The notes under the pieces were generated by a model. The model was given only the letters and a program-made list of their open reading frames with translations, made no database searches and was not told the DNA's origin. The position numbers were made by a program, and so were the translations under genes. Shown piece after piece: positions 50,554 to 63,147 of a DNA stretch of 64,000 nt. Position 1 is the first letter of the stretch. Each line of letters begins with the position of its first letter. The DNA is from Somniosus microcephalus (lineage: Eukaryota), in NCBI GenBank assembly GCA_052327205.1, contig CM126207.1:183334001-183398000 (forward strand), written 5' to 3'.

Positions 50554-52581
50554 AGGAAAGACTGAGCAAGTGGGGCTGAGTGCAGATACGCTACATTACA
50601 GGTGGCTCAATGCGATGGCCTTTCTTTGGCACCAAGAGATAGATCCCTATGAGTAACAGTCACTGCCGTGATGAGTGTATCATCCCCAAAAGTGAAGAAC
50701 ATTTCAGGAGTTACCAGCCACACAAAAGCTTGGTGCTTAATAACCTCTCTTCACAGCTCCCAACTAAATTCAAAGTTCTGATGTTCCTCAGTAGTGATGG
50801 CTCATATAACTCATTAACTCACCCCGCCTCTGCTGAATACTGAGCCTTCCTTGGGTACGGTTCACAACCCCTCCGGGAGCTCAACCAATGGGCCATCCTT
50901 CATAGCTGAATCTAGACGGCGAGTGGTGGCTGGGTTTTTGATCATGGGGTTTTTGATCATGGGGACAGCATAACAACCAAGCCCAAACCTGCCCTCCCTT
51001 TCCAGCAGCGATTATGATTGGAGTGGCTGATTTTCCTGCCCCCCTCCACACCAACTCAAGGGTATTGAAGCCATTGTCATATCTCTACCTTCACTTCTGG
51101 AATTGTTTTAATGAAGGCAGCTTAATGTATTTTGTCCTGTTAAAATAAAGAACGTCACTGATGGGGATCGGGCAATTTCCAGGGCAATTTGTGCCAAATT
51201 ACGGATCATTTTTGTGCTTTGGTCTCGAGCCTCCTGAGAACCAGGTTGGAACTCCCCAAACTCATTTTGCCATTGAGGGAGAGAGGAGAACTTCATCCTT
51301 TACTCTGTACTGTAGTTTCCTCTGCACCCCGCCCACTACCCCCCCTCCACCCCCACAAACCCTTCCTCTTCAAGCATTGTGACCAAGTTTTTTTGTTCAC
51401 CCCTCCTATTCTCTTTCCTAACTCACCATCCAATTTCTACACACCTTGGGCTGTTTTTAATGATAAAGGCCCAATGTAGGTGGCAATTACATTGAACCCA
51501 GGTCACAGAGGTGAAGTGCAAAGCATTAACCCACTAGCTTCCTGGCCTAGCGAAGCAGACTTTGAGGTGGTTGAGGGGGAGATGTACCTTGGAGTAGAAA
51601 ATCCAGAAGAAACAGAAAAACTGAAGCGTAAATTTCATTTCTAACTTTGTGCAACACATGTTAAAATATTGATGAATCATAATTAAAAATGATATTTCAT
51701 GCAGTCTTAATACCTGTCAGGAGGATATTTGAAATGCATTGCGCACATTACCACATAATGATTTGTGCCTAACATCTGTGCAGCGTGAATCCAAAACATT
51801 TTTGTCAAAAGGAAATTAATTTGGGCAGTGATGTTGGGTAAGTAAATTATTCAGATTACTCACCAAGAAAATAAAATTTCATCACAGCCAAGTAAGAAAT
51901 GACTTTTTATCATCGTTCTCATAATGGAAGGGTTGTTGTTGAGATTTAAATGTTTTTTTAATTCTGATTATTTGTTAAAAAAGTAATTTCCTTTCTGAGT
52001 TCTGTCACTTTGTGCTTGTAGAATGCTGTGAGGGATGGGGAGTTGCAAACATTTTGGGTTCGATTTTAACTCAGCCGTGAGGCTTTGAGGTGTGTGGGGG
52101 GTTAAAATTGCAAAAACTGGGGGTCGGGACCCCCCGCCATCTGGTTCCCGACCCCGAGCCATTTTAACCCAGGCGTGTCTGATGGTCCCGAATCAGTCCC
52201 GACTCCAACAGGCGGGACTGGTCTTTAAGGCCCTTAATCAGCAATAATTGGCCTTTATTATTCCATTTTAACAGGCCCTTGCATTTTTAACCCCTTTCCC
52301 ACGTAAAACACGCCTGGTGGGGATCACACCTGTGAAACCTGGCATGAGCACTATTGGCTTGCTGACTATCAGCTGCAGGTCAACCATTAAAGAGGAGATT
52401 TGATCGGTCATCATTTGCAGGTGGCAGGACTTCGTTGTTTCAGGCCTGGGGCAACTTTTACCAGGCTTAACCACACCTGTGGAAGGTTGGAGCCTCACAC
52501 ACATCTCCAGTGTGACCTTCTGGGAAACCACGCTTGCCAACTTCGCTCAGCGCTTCCTCAATGGAGGCATATACCAGAAGC

Positions 52582-52730
52582 ATGGGAGCCATTTATTTCC
52601 TTCCCTTCTGGGCAATAGATGAGCTCGAACACCAGCCGCGGCACCAGCAGAACCAGGAACAACAGCAGCAGCAACAGGAGCGCCAGGCTGCTGCTCACCC
52701 ACCTGAAGCTGCACAGGCCAGAAGGGGCCA
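52582..52730 (+). pseudogene. Probable N-terminal stub of the Harbinger transposase
   Basis: MGAIYFLPFWAIDELEHQPRHQQNQEQQQQQQERQAAAHPPEAAQARRG starts about 500 bp inside the left TIR, opposite to the Myb gene, where the transposase would be expected. Identification rests on position and composition only. Confidence 0.45.
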
Positions 52731-54316
52731 GCGCTTGGAAGTGGCTTGAGAGCACCTTGCTGCACATCAGGGGGCCATGGGGACCTGTATCTGCACTAGC
52801 AGTCCTACTCAGAAGGACTTCCATGAAGGTCTGGTTTCTCTGTTCAATAGGTGCCCATCGCTCCTCAAGAGATGTCATTCTATTATAAACGCTCACCATG
52901 CTTTCCATTCCCTGCCGGCTTATCTCCTCCATGGAGGTTGCCATCCTTTCCATGGTGATGCGTTCATGCGCCAATGACTCCACAAAGGCTCTGCTCATGT
53001 TCGCTATGGACTCCTCCATTCGCTCCACACTCACATCGACCCTGGAGACAAAACCAGCCAGAGACTCCTGCATCTGTTCCTGGAGTTCCAGCCCCACTGA
53101 TCTTATGGATGGACCCAGAGGCAGAGGGTCGACATGCAGCTGAGCCAAGCTGGCAGAGTCTTGCACCCTCCGACTAGCACTCTCCACTCCTGTCCGTGTC
53201 TTCACAATCTGCTGATGCTCACTTGTAAGCTGTGATACACCAGGTGACGACATTACCCTATGTCCCGAAGGTTCCACCGAGGTGTGAGTGTCTGCGCTGA
53301 TGCTGGGTGCGCTGAATTCTGCTGACGCTGTGCCCTCAGATGTTGCAGATTCCTCTGAGGAGTCTGGAAGCTCAGGCTCTTCCTCCTCGACAGTGGGGAC
53401 GGGGGTTCTCGATGATCCTGTGGGGGAGTAAAGGAAAGAGTTAAAGATGTGAGGTCAAGGTTACATGCACATTGCATATTGCAGATGATCATAGGTCCAT
53501 CTGTTATAGCTTCAGAATCATTATCAGCGACTCATGCAATGTCAATGAGAGAGATGGAAAACTATTCTGTCACCAGCTTGCTGTGATGCACCCGCCTGTC
53601 CGTCCCCCACTTGCGCCTCATCCTCCAGTCCTACAATCTCCAGGAACGCCTCCTCCCAGGTGGTGAGCTGGGCTACTGAGGGCGGCCCTCCTCCTGTCCT
53701 CACTCATTCTCTTTTATTGTGAGCTCTCTTTTCCTGCAATGAGGGAGACAAGTGGAGTTTGAGTGAGAATGAAGGAGTGAGTGTAGAGAATCCATAGCAT
53801 AGATGCTTAGAAGGAGACAAAGATGGAGTGAGGTGGCAAGACCAAGGGCCCTCCCTGTGTGTTGTCAGTTGTTTTCATAGCATCAGAGTGATAGGGAGTG
53901 TGAGGGCTGCATAGTCGAATAGTTATGTGAATGTGAGCATAGAGAGAGAGGGAATGGGTAAAGGTGCATGGATGTCAGTGTCAAGTGGGATGTGGAGGAA
54001 GAGATTGCTAAAGCTGAGTGCTGGTGAGGAGAGGCAATGGAGATCAGATTGAGAGTGATGGGAACTTCACACTCACTTTTCCAGTGTGCTGAAGGCCATG
54101 AAATCTCTTCCTGCACTGTATCCAGGTTCTGCGGGTAGCCGATAAGGAGTTGACCTCCTCTGCCACTTGCAGCCACGCAGCCTTTGTCTGCTGGGGAGGC
54201 ATCTTCCTCCCTGATGAAGGGACGAGCACCTCCTTGTGAGCTCTTGCTCCCTCCACTAAAGCCTGCAGGGCAACGTCGTCAAAACGGGGCGCAGACCTCG
54301 GTCTTTCTCTTGCCAT
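52730..54316 (-). pseudogene. Harbinger Myb/SANT-like DNA-binding protein gene, three exons (54316-54077, 53733-53574, 53417 to about 52730), with a premature stop
   Basis: Exon 1 has PRF..LVEG..W.QVAEEVN..RTWIQCRKRF then a GTGAGT donor. Exon 2 follows a TTGCAG acceptor and reads EKRAHNKRE*VRTGGGPP (TGA at 53704-53706). Exon 3 follows a CCACAG acceptor and is in frame with ORF 52558-53277. Intron phases 0 and 1 are consistent. Confidence 0.8.
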
Positions 54317-55189
54317 TCTGCTTCCAGCTCAGTGTATCAGCAAATGCCAAAAGGTTGGCAGCCTGCAGAAGAAGCAAGGCTTGTTGCAGACCCTAAATGC
54401 AGCAGCAATAATGACGTCATATTATGCGACTTTCTTACTGGAAGTACTCATTTGCCAAGGGTTCCCACATGTTGGAAATCAATTGGCCAATTGAGTTAAA
54501 ATTGCATCAATCTCACACACCCATTTAGATTAGTGTGGGAAACACCAAATTCGGGGAACCCGACAATTCCCCGCACCTTAGTTAAAATCGAACCCTTTAT
54601 TTTTGCACCCGGTGTCAGGAACAAGCACTCTCAGGTCAGGTAGAGCACAGTTAGATGCAGAGCAAAACCATTCTGCCTCCCAACAATGTGCCTCAGCCCC
54701 AACCTTTGAGCAACAGTGTTTCTGCTTCACTGTGAGTCTTCCCAAACCAGCAATCGGTGTGATCTCCGAGTGCGACTGCCAATATTGCCCATTGAGCGGG
54801 TTGTGATAGCCTCATACTCATTTCACATAGGAATGCCCTAGCTCACAGAGCGTGAGAGAGAGAGAAGATTCATCAATCTGGGATGGAGTGGATCTCAGAG
54901 CCCCAAGGTGAAAGGTCAGTGTCGAAGCCACTGTACCACTTTTAGTGATAGCTTAATGCGAGGAATTAGATAAAGTAACCGGCCAATGAGAAACTGAGTT
55001 AAAAGCTGAGCCTATACGTATAGATGCTTCGGTCTGAAATTCCATGGGGGTAATGGCAATTCTGAGCAATGGGATTGCAAGTGGCATAAGGTCTGAGACT
55101 GTTAAAGAGATCCCGATTTAATGTTAAACATAACAAGATGGAGGATTCAGAATTCATCAGATTCATAAATGCTCAGCCTACAACCTTGC

Positions 55190-55715
55190 ACCCTCCATTA
55201 ACTTGAGTTCATCCAAAACTCGGCTGCCTGTATCCTAACTCACACAAAGTCCCGTTCACCCATCTCCCCTGTGCTTGCTGACCTACATCAGCTCCCGGTC
55301 CGCCAATGCCTCGATTTTAGCACTCTCATCCTTGTTTGCAAATCCCTCCATGGCCTCGCCCCTCCCTATCTCTGTAACCTCCTCCAGCCCTACAACCCTC
55401 CGAGATCTCTGCACTCCTCCAATTCTGGCCTCTTGCGCATCCCTGATTTTCATCGCTCCACCACTGGCGGCCGTGCCTTCAGCTGCCTGGGCCCTAAGCT
55501 AGGGGATTCCCTCCCTATACCTCCCCACCTCTCTACCTCTCTCTCCTCCTTTAAGATGCTCCTTAAAACTGATCTCTTTGACCAAGCTTTTGGACACTCA
55601 TCCTAATATCTCCTTATGTGGCTCAATGTCAAATTTTGCCTGATAATGCTAAAGTGAAGCGCCTTGGGATGTTTTACTACGTTAAAAGGCACTAAATAAA
55701 TGTAAGTTGTTGTTG
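55190..55715 (+). mobile_element. L2-clade LINE 3' fragment
   Basis: ORF2 C-terminus-like LADLH..KSLHGLAPPYL..GGRAFSCLGPKL..FKMLLKTDLFDQAF, then a 3' UTR ending AAATGTAAGTTGTTGTTG. Confidence 0.85.
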
Positions 55716-56252
55716 AATACGTATTGCCGCTGTGCATACCAACACCGCTTCAGTCATTGCCCTAGCTTGGGGGAGATTAGCAAGTTCATTAGAAATGATC
55801 TAGGTGAATGCGTGAACTGAGCGAAAGCCTACATCAGAAAGAAAGAACAGTGGGAATAGAAACCGGAGTGTAGGGTTCGGCAGGTAATGAGGAATGTACG
55901 GCAACTTTGGGATGAGAGGAATAAGCAGGTGAACCTTGCAAAGCAGGAATCTGAAACAATAAACGGTAAAGTGTGGCAAACTGCTGGGGAGCTGGAAGTG
56001 TTGAAGAATGAGCTCTGCACACTGAGCTCAGTGGATAAGCTCCTTGGTGTGGTACTGAGTCCTACAGACCAGCACCTTCCCCAGCTTCAATCCCTGCTCT
56101 GTGCTGAATTAGCTGCAGCAGTGTTGGGGTGCTACAGTTGGCCTCAGTGCCCTTGAACTAGGTGGGGGGTAAAGTCAGCTAAGGTTTCATCTCTTAATGG
56201 CTGCCCAGTATGAATTACCTCCCATTCCCCCACAGCCAGAGAGTGCGAAGGT

Positions 56253-57050
56253 AACAACATCTTGTATTTATATATCCTTTAACATAGTAAAACGTCCCAA
56301 GGCACTTCACAGGAGCGTTATCAGACAAAATTTTACACCAAGCCACATAAGGAAATATTAGGGCAGAAGCTTGGTCAAAGAGGTAGGTTTTAAGGAGCGT
56401 CTTAAAGGAGGAATGAGAGGTAGCGAGGCGGAGAGGTTTAAGGAGGGAATTCCAGAGCTTAGGGCCTTGGCAGCTGAAGGCACGGCCGCCAATAGTGGAG
56501 TGGTTATAATCAGGGATGCTCAACAGGCCAGAATTAGAGGAGCGCAGATATCTCAGAGGGTTGTGGGGCTGGAGGAGTTTACATAGATAGGGAGGGGCGA
56601 AACCATGGAGGGATTTGAAAACAAGGATGAGAGTTTTAAAATCGAGGCGTTGCTTAACCGAGAGACAATGTAGGCCAGCGAGCACAGGGGTGATGGGTGA
56701 GCGGGACTTGGTGCGAGTTAGGACATGGGTTTTGGATGACATCAAGTTTATGGAGGGTAGAACGTGGGTGGCTGGCCAGGAGTGTGTTGGAATAGTCAAG
56801 TCTAGAGATAACAAAGTGCATGGATGAGGGTTTCAGCAGCGGATGAGTTGAGGCAGGGGCAGAGTTGAGCGAAGTTACAAAGGTGGAAATAGGCGGTCTT
56901 AGTGATGGAGCGGATATGTGGTCGGAAGCTCAGCACAGGGTCAAATATGACACCAAGGTTGCGAACAGTCTGGTTCAGCCTCAGGCAGTTGCCAGGGAGA
57001 GGGATGGAGTCGGAGGTTAGGGAACCGAGTTTGTGGCGGGGACTGAAGAC
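56253..57050 (-). mobile_element. L2-clade LINE 3' fragment
   Basis: NLGVIFDP.LSFRPHI..TKTAYFHL and SPITPVLAGLH..KSLHGFAPPYL..GGRAFSCQGPKLWNSL..KTYLFDQA; ends in a short TTG tail. Confidence 0.87.
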
Positions 57051-57057
57051 ATATTCA

Positions 57058-58110
57058 AACAAAAGCAAAATACTGCAGATGCTGCAAATCTGAAATATAA
57101 ACAGGAAATGCTGGAAATACTCAGCAAGTCAGGCAGCATCTGTGGAGAGAGGAACAGAGTTAACATTTCAGGTCAGAGACCTTTTATCAGAACTGGAACA
57201 TGTTAGAGATTTAACAGCTTTTAAGCAAATACAGAAACAGGGAAAGTGGGGAGGGGGGGAAAGAACATGAGGAAAAGGATGTGATAGGGTGGAAGGCAGA
57301 AGAGATTAAATGGCAAAAGGGATGATGGTGCAAGGGAAAAGGAGATGGTAGTGGGAAAAGTAAAGAAGGTGGGAGTAGACAAGTAGAGGAGATGGAAATG
57401 ATTACAGTAGAATAGCAGAGGCAGTAGAAGAGCTCAGAGGTGCGGACCACCCCACCGTTAGGGGATCCCCACCCCAAGCACTGGCCCACAGCTCCTCCAC
57501 TCCCAGTGGCTCTGGTGCTGTTGTCCTCCATTGCCAGCACCTGCTGTCTGAGAGAAAATGGGAGCAGTGGTTAAGATCTAAAGTTGTTGAACTCAATGTT
57601 AAGGCCGGAAGGCTGTAAAGTGCCTAATTGAAAGATGAAGTGCTATTCCTTGAGATTCCGTTGAGCTTCATTAGAACAGTGTAGGAGGCAGAGGACAGAG
57701 GCCAGACTGGGAGTGAGATGGAGAATTAAAGTGGCAAGTGACCGGAAGCTTAGGGCTATGCTTGCGGACTGAATGGACGTGTTTAGCAAAGCAATCACCC
57801 AATCTTGTTTGGTCTTCCCAACGTAGAGGAGACCGCATCATGAGCAGCGAATACAGTATATGAAATTGAAAGAAGGACGGTGGGAAGGGAGGAGGTGAAA
57901 GGCTCGGTACTACATCTCCTGCGCTTGCACGGGAAAGTGCCATGGGATGGGGAGCAGGTGTTGGGGGTGAGGGAAAAGTGGACCAGGGTGTCACGGAGGA
58001 AATGGTCCCTTCAGAATGCTGAAAAGGGAGGGGAGGGGAAGATGTGTTTGGTGGTGGCTTTGCTTTGGAGGTGGCGGAAATGGCGGAGAATGATCTGTTG
58101 AAGGTGGAGG
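57058..58110 (-). mobile_element. Penelope-like element 3' remnant (GIY-YIG endonuclease region plus terminal repeat)
   Basis: Frameshifted translation ..TRLGDCFAKHVHSVRKHSPKLPVTCHFNSPSHS..HFIFQLGTLQPSGLNIEFNNFR resembles the PLE GIY-YIG C-terminus; the terminal segment carries a hammerhead-like core. Confidence 0.8.
57156..57196 (-). ncRNA. Degenerate minimal type I hammerhead ribozyme of the Penelope terminal repeat
   Basis: Minus strand CCAGTT CTGATAA A AGGTC TCT GACCT GAAA TGTT AACTCTG: CUGANGA-like core with a G-to-A change, stem II AGGTC/GACCT, GAAA, stem I AGTT/AACT. Confidence 0.6.
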
Positions 58111-58111
58111 C

Positions 58112-58767
58112 TGTAAGGGGTGGTGTGTGGGTCAGCTTCACCTCTGACTTATGAGCGGTTTGAATCGCTCCCACTCCCTTGGTTCTAGACCTGGGACTTA
58201 TTTGGGGGTTGTGATGAAAAGTGCAGCAGACAACTAAATTTTGGTGAAAGGAACAAGATCTTTATTGAGAAAGAAAATATACAATACAATAATCTTAACA
58301 CTCTAAATTGGGGGAACACTTCAGAATATACAAGGGAAAATAACAATAGACAGAATACTTCACCCCTCCCAATCCCACTTCACTAGCTAAGTTGGGCTCC
58401 AGAGGACCAGGGATAATGCTCACCAAAACGACTTATTTTGGTAGTTGTAGAGGTTCGCGATTTCAGGGTCCTCTAGATGTGTCGGTTGGGGCCTGCCATA
58501 CCCCGGACACAGTAGAGGACTTCACCTGCGTGGCTGGTTAGTCTTTGCAAGTCCGCTGATGCAGTAGAGTGCATATTGGATCTATCAGGTGAGTACCCAA
58601 TTTCTTTTGGTCAGAAGTAAGGTTTAGAGTCTTTTCAGTAAAATCTTACCCAGGGGTAAGTCAGGATAGATTGTAGAGTGGAAACACTTGCGGATCTTCG
58701 GTTTTCTTCTGAGTTGGGTTTTGTTGGTCGCAGTGGCCCAATATTACCCGGTTGCTGGTAATATTTG
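58112..58767 (-). mobile_element. Probable LTR-like sequence of an older element, interrupted by the Gypsy insertion; continues at 63904-64000
   Basis: Begins TGTAAGGGG exactly where the Penelope sequence breaks off; TTTATT (minus-strand AATAAA) at 58261; no ORF. The other end is not visible. Confidence 0.4.
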
Positions 58768-58980
58768 TGTTAGATCCGTGTATCTTGATGTTGCGTCCTT
58801 CAATAATTAGACAAGAGACTGGAGGGAACAATCAACAGGTGTTTACTGAATGAGGGTTACTCTAAAAACTAACTGTACAGATCCCTACTCAGGGTTTATA
58901 TACAGGTGTGGTCGCTGCCGGTACTACAGTATACAGGAGCTGTAAAAAGTAATTCTCCCCTTAAAGGTACATACATTACA
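58768..58980 (-). repeat. Gypsy 3' LTR (213 bp)
   Basis: TGTTAGATCC...ACATTACA, 6 substitutions relative to 63686-63898 by eye. Adjacent ATTCCTCCCCTTTT is the minus-strand polypurine tract AAAAGGGGAGGAAT. Confidence 0.95.
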
Positions 58981-59089
58981 ATTCCTCCCCTTTTAGATTA
59001 ACAGTGCCATAACACTCAATTAACAATTAAATATCAAACTAATTACAATTAACACTTTTAACATGCAACGTTAACTGAAGATAGTCTAT

Positions 59090-62000
59090 TTACAAATTCA
59101 GTCTTTGGGGAGGCTCCCTTATCCTTTCTGGATAGTGCCTTTCCCGAGTGTCTTGCTCTTGGTGCGGAGGCGATTCTGGCCCCCTGTCGTCGGTTGGTTC
59201 ATCCGCTTCCGATGCTACTGTTTCTGGGGTAGATGCTACCTGTACGTCGGGTTCATCACCAGGTACGTATGGGCAAGACATGGGGTTGACTCGTTCCTGT
59301 GACTCTAGGATCTGGTCAACATGGCGTCTCACAATGTTCTCCCCAACATCCACTGTGTACATTAGTGGCCCCTGCCATGTGCATATCGTTCCTGGTTGCC
59401 ATTTCTCTGTTCGGTAGTCGCGGGCCAAGAGTGGTTGCCCTACATTGAAGCTCCTTGTTGGCTTCTCATTGATGTGCTGGAATTGCTTATTCTCAACATC
59501 TCTTTGTACATTTGGTCTGAGCAAATCCAGACGAGATCTTAACCTTCGGTTAAAGAACATCATGGCCGGGGTCTGGTTGGTGACTGCATGTGTCGCATTT
59601 CTGTAGGCTAACAGGAAATTGTCCACCTTATGCTGCAGTGAAATGTCGTCATCGCACATGGCCCTTACTGCTTTTTTAAAGGTTTGTACGAACCTCTCAG
59701 CCAATCCATTTGTGGCTGGATGATACGGGACGGATGTGTAATGCCTTACCCCATTCCTTTTCATAAATCTTCGAAACACTTCGGACACAAACTGTGGTCC
59801 GTTATCAGAGCAAATCTGCTCTGGCAAGCCGTTCCTGGCAAAAATGGTCCGTAGGACTGCGTTAGTTTTCTCCGTGGTGGTGGAGGACATTTTGATCACC
59901 TCAGGCCATTTCGAGTGCGCATCCACGGCTATTAAAAACGTTGAGTCCATGAATGGACTAGCAAAATCAATATGCACCCGTTGCCATGGAGATGAGTGCC
60001 ACTCCCATGGGTGTAGAGGGGCATGTGGTGGTGCATTTTGGACCTTCTGGCATCCTGAGCAGCTCTTGGTCAGGTCCTCGATTTGCTGATCGATCCCTGG
60101 CCACCACACATAAGCCCTAGCAAGGCTTTTCATTTTCACCCCTCCCAGATGACCTTCGTGAAGCTCATTGAGCACTCTCTCCCTTAACTTGGGTGGAATT
60201 ACCACTCGGGATCCACACATCAAGGTCCCCTGGCATACTGACAGCTGTTCTCTTCTGGATGAGAATGCTGGCAACAGTGAGTCGCCATGTGCTGGCCATC
60301 CCTTCACCGTCAAATCATATACCCGAGACTGTGTCGGGTCATTTCGGGTCTCCTTCTCTATACCAGCGTTAGTTACTGGCAAGCATTCAATTATAGTCGA
60401 ATGAAATATTTCGACAGGATCCACTGCTGGTGCTTCCTCCGCAGTAGGCAGTGGCAGGCGTGATAGCCCATCAGCGTTTCCATGCTGTTTCGTGCCCTTA
60501 AACTCGATTTCATATTGGTGCGCCCCTAGAAAAAGGGACCATCTTTGTAGCCATTGCGCAGTCATCACCGGAACGCCCTTCTTTGGATTAAAGATGGAGA
60601 CAAGTGGTTGGTGGTCAGTCAGCAAGGGGAACTTCTGCCCGTGCAGATAGTGGTTGAACTTTTTCACTCCCCACACTAGGCTGAGGGCCTCCCTGTCAAT
60701 CTGGGCATAGTTACGCTCGGCTGAGGTTAGTGACCGAGACGCAAAGGCTACTGGCCTCTCTGAGCCGTCCAGGAATTTGTGCGACAGCACCGCTCCAATG
60801 CCATAGGGTCATGCATCACACGCCAACCGAATTGGTAGTGCTGGGTTGAAATGAGCCAACACCTCTTTTGATGTGATCAATTCTTTGCTCTTCTGGAAAG
60901 CTCATTTACATTCGTCATTCCACTTCCATGGTACCCCCGTTTGCAGTAGGGTGTTCAGTGGGTGTAGTACTGTAGACAAATTCGGCAAGAACTTATGGTA
61001 GTAGTTCACCAGCCCGAGGAACGACCTCAGTTGTGACACATTTTCCGGTGCTGGAGCCTTGACTACTGCCTCAATCTTCTCTGGGGACTTATGTAACCCC
61101 TCTTTATCAATAACGTGGCCTCAATACGAGATCTGCTTCTGGAAAAACTCGCATTTGTGACGATTAGCTCGGAGCCCATATTCCTTCAATCTAGTGAGCA
61201 CCTGCTCCAGGTTGGCGAGGTGATCACTGTCATTTTCGCCCGTGACCAGGATGTCGTCCAAATAACACTGGGTCCCTGGATTCCCTTGCAGGACTTGATC
61301 CATTGCCCTTTGCCAAATAGCCGGAGCTGATGCTACCCCGAACACCAGCCGGTTGTATTGGTAGAGACCTATATGAGTGTTGATCGTGAGGTGCTGTTTC
61401 GAAGCTTCTTCTACCTCCATTTGCAGGTACGCCTGGGCCAGATCAATCTTAGTGAAGCATTTCCCTTCAGATAGCGAGGCGAAAATATCTTCAATCCGCG
61501 GAAGCGGATATTGTACAGTGTGCAGGACTGGGTTCACTGTCACCTTAAAGTCCCCACAGATGCGAAACTTCTTTGGTTCCCCAGGCGTATTATTCAACGA
61601 CCTCTTCATTACAGGAACGATGGGTGTAGCCCACTCGCTCCAGTCCACTTTGGACAATACTCCTGAACATTTCAAACCTTCCAGCTCTGCTTCGACGGCT
61701 GGGCGGATCGCATAAGGCACCAGTCTGGCCTTAAAAAATTTTGGGCTTGCATTTTCCTCTATTTTGATCGTCGCTGTTATGCCTTTTAGTGTTCCGAGTC
61801 CCTGCTGGAACACTTCTTGTGCGTCAGTCAGCATTTTTGACAGTCGTCCAGGTGTGACGTCGTCATCCTTTTTGGCATCTACAGTCAGTGCTTGTATGGA
61901 ATGCCAATCTAGCTGTATCTTCCAGATCCATTCACGTCCTAGTAGTGGTGGGCCTCCATCTGGCAATACATATAAGTCCATTTTTGGTGTTTCCTTGCCG

Positions 62001-63043
62001 TTATATATAACGTTCACCCTTATTTTTCCTTTGGGGTAGGCTTTTTGCCCCGTGTACGTCTTCAAGACAATTGTTGTATCTCTCAAGGGTATATGTGAGA
62101 ATAGCCGCTTGTAGTCCCTTCGGTTTATGACTGTTAGGGCTGATCCTGTGTCCAATTCCATTTTCACTTGGACTCCTGCTATCTTGAGCGTGACCCAGAT
62201 AGTTTGGTGATCCTCCGTTTTGATCACATTATGTAATTTCAGACAACCCAGCTCCTTGCTTCCAGAGTCTGTATCACTTTTCTGTTCGTCTGCACTACTC
62301 TCTGTCACCTTATGTACCTTCTTGTACTTCTCCTGTGGAGATTTCTTGCTGCTGGTTTTCTTTTCCGACCTGCAAACTCTTGCTATGTGTCCTACTTTTC
62401 CACACTGTCTGCACACTTTGTCCTTGAACCAGCAATCCTTATGGTCGTGTGTTGTTCTGCCGCAGTGATAGCACTTCACTGTTCCGTATGACATTTCATT
62501 TGTGCCATATTCTTGCGGTCTCCGTTGTATCTCTGCCGCGCCCCGTACTGCTGCTTCGTGCGACACTGTCATGCTGAAAGCCTTGTCCAGCATATGATCC
62601 TTTTCTGATAGAAGCCGTTTCTGTGTTCCTTCACTTTGAAGCCCACACACAAACTTGTCCCTTAAAGTATCTGCTAGTCCTGTTCCAAACTGGCAGTGTT
62701 TCAATAGCTTGCGCAGTTCCGTTAAATGCTCAGCATTACTTTCATCTTTATGCTGGTTCCTTTTGTGAAACTTAAATCTTTCTGCTATCAGCAGCGGTGT
62801 GGGGTTTAAGTGGTCCTGTAGGATTGACACTATGTTTTCAAAATCCTTTTCCAGTGGCTTCTCTGGGGTTACTAGGTTTCGCAGTAAGCCATACGTTTTT
62901 GCACCCATTGAATTCAACAATACCAACGCTTTCCTGTCATCTGGCACTTCATTTGCCTTGCAGTACACTTCTATGCGTTCGACATATGTCGTCCAATCTT
63001 CGACTTCATTGTCGAAAGCTGTGACACCGCCACTCTTCGGCAT
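59090..63043 (-). pseudogene. Gypsy gag-pol polyprotein in a single frame, disrupted by three TGA codons
   Basis: Two CCHC knuckles (CYHCGRTTHDHKDC, CRQCGKVGHIARVC); protease LDTGS; RT YLDD; RNase H DA*PYG..TDHQPL; integrase HHCC and DNG..NGLAERF. In-frame TGA at 61121, 60902 and 60809. Confidence 0.93.
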
Positions 63044-63147
63044 CCCTGGGTGTGGTTAGACTGGCTCAAAATGGCATCTCCCATGCTCTCCCTTCTTCCC
63101 CACAGCAGCTTAAAATGGCGTCTCCCGCGCTTTCCTTTCTTCCCCGC

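Larger units (their letters stand above)
52056..54595. mobile_element. PIF/Harbinger DNA transposon, non-autonomous internal-deletion derivative (2540 bp)
   Basis: Perfect 16-bp TIRs GGGTTCGATTTTAACT (52056-52071) and AGTTAAAATCGAACCC (54580-54595); 3-bp TSD TTT on both sides; contains a Myb/SANT-like gene; no DDE catalytic ORF seen. Confidence 0.88.

Noticed and set aside
50932-50964. Short tandem duplication GGGTTTTTGATCATG x2
   Set aside because: Two-copy slippage duplication unrelated to the satellite monomer.
51085-51150. Small minus-strand exon after TTCTTTATTTTAACAG
   Set aside because: All three frames contain a stop before the AG|GT site, so it cannot be supported as coding without expression data.
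52558-53277. Stand-alone 239-aa membrane protein gene
   Set aside because: It is exon 3 of the transposon Myb gene, and the hydrophobic tail derives from antisense CAG repeats.
60809-61123. Programmed readthrough or selenocysteine at the three TGA codons
   Set aside because: They fall inside the RT/RNase H region at positions that are normally sense codons (Y*GH, DA*PYG), so ordinary nonsense mutations are the simpler explanation.
59105-63059. Plus-strand ORFs inside the Gypsy element
   Set aside because: Antisense shadows of gag-pol.
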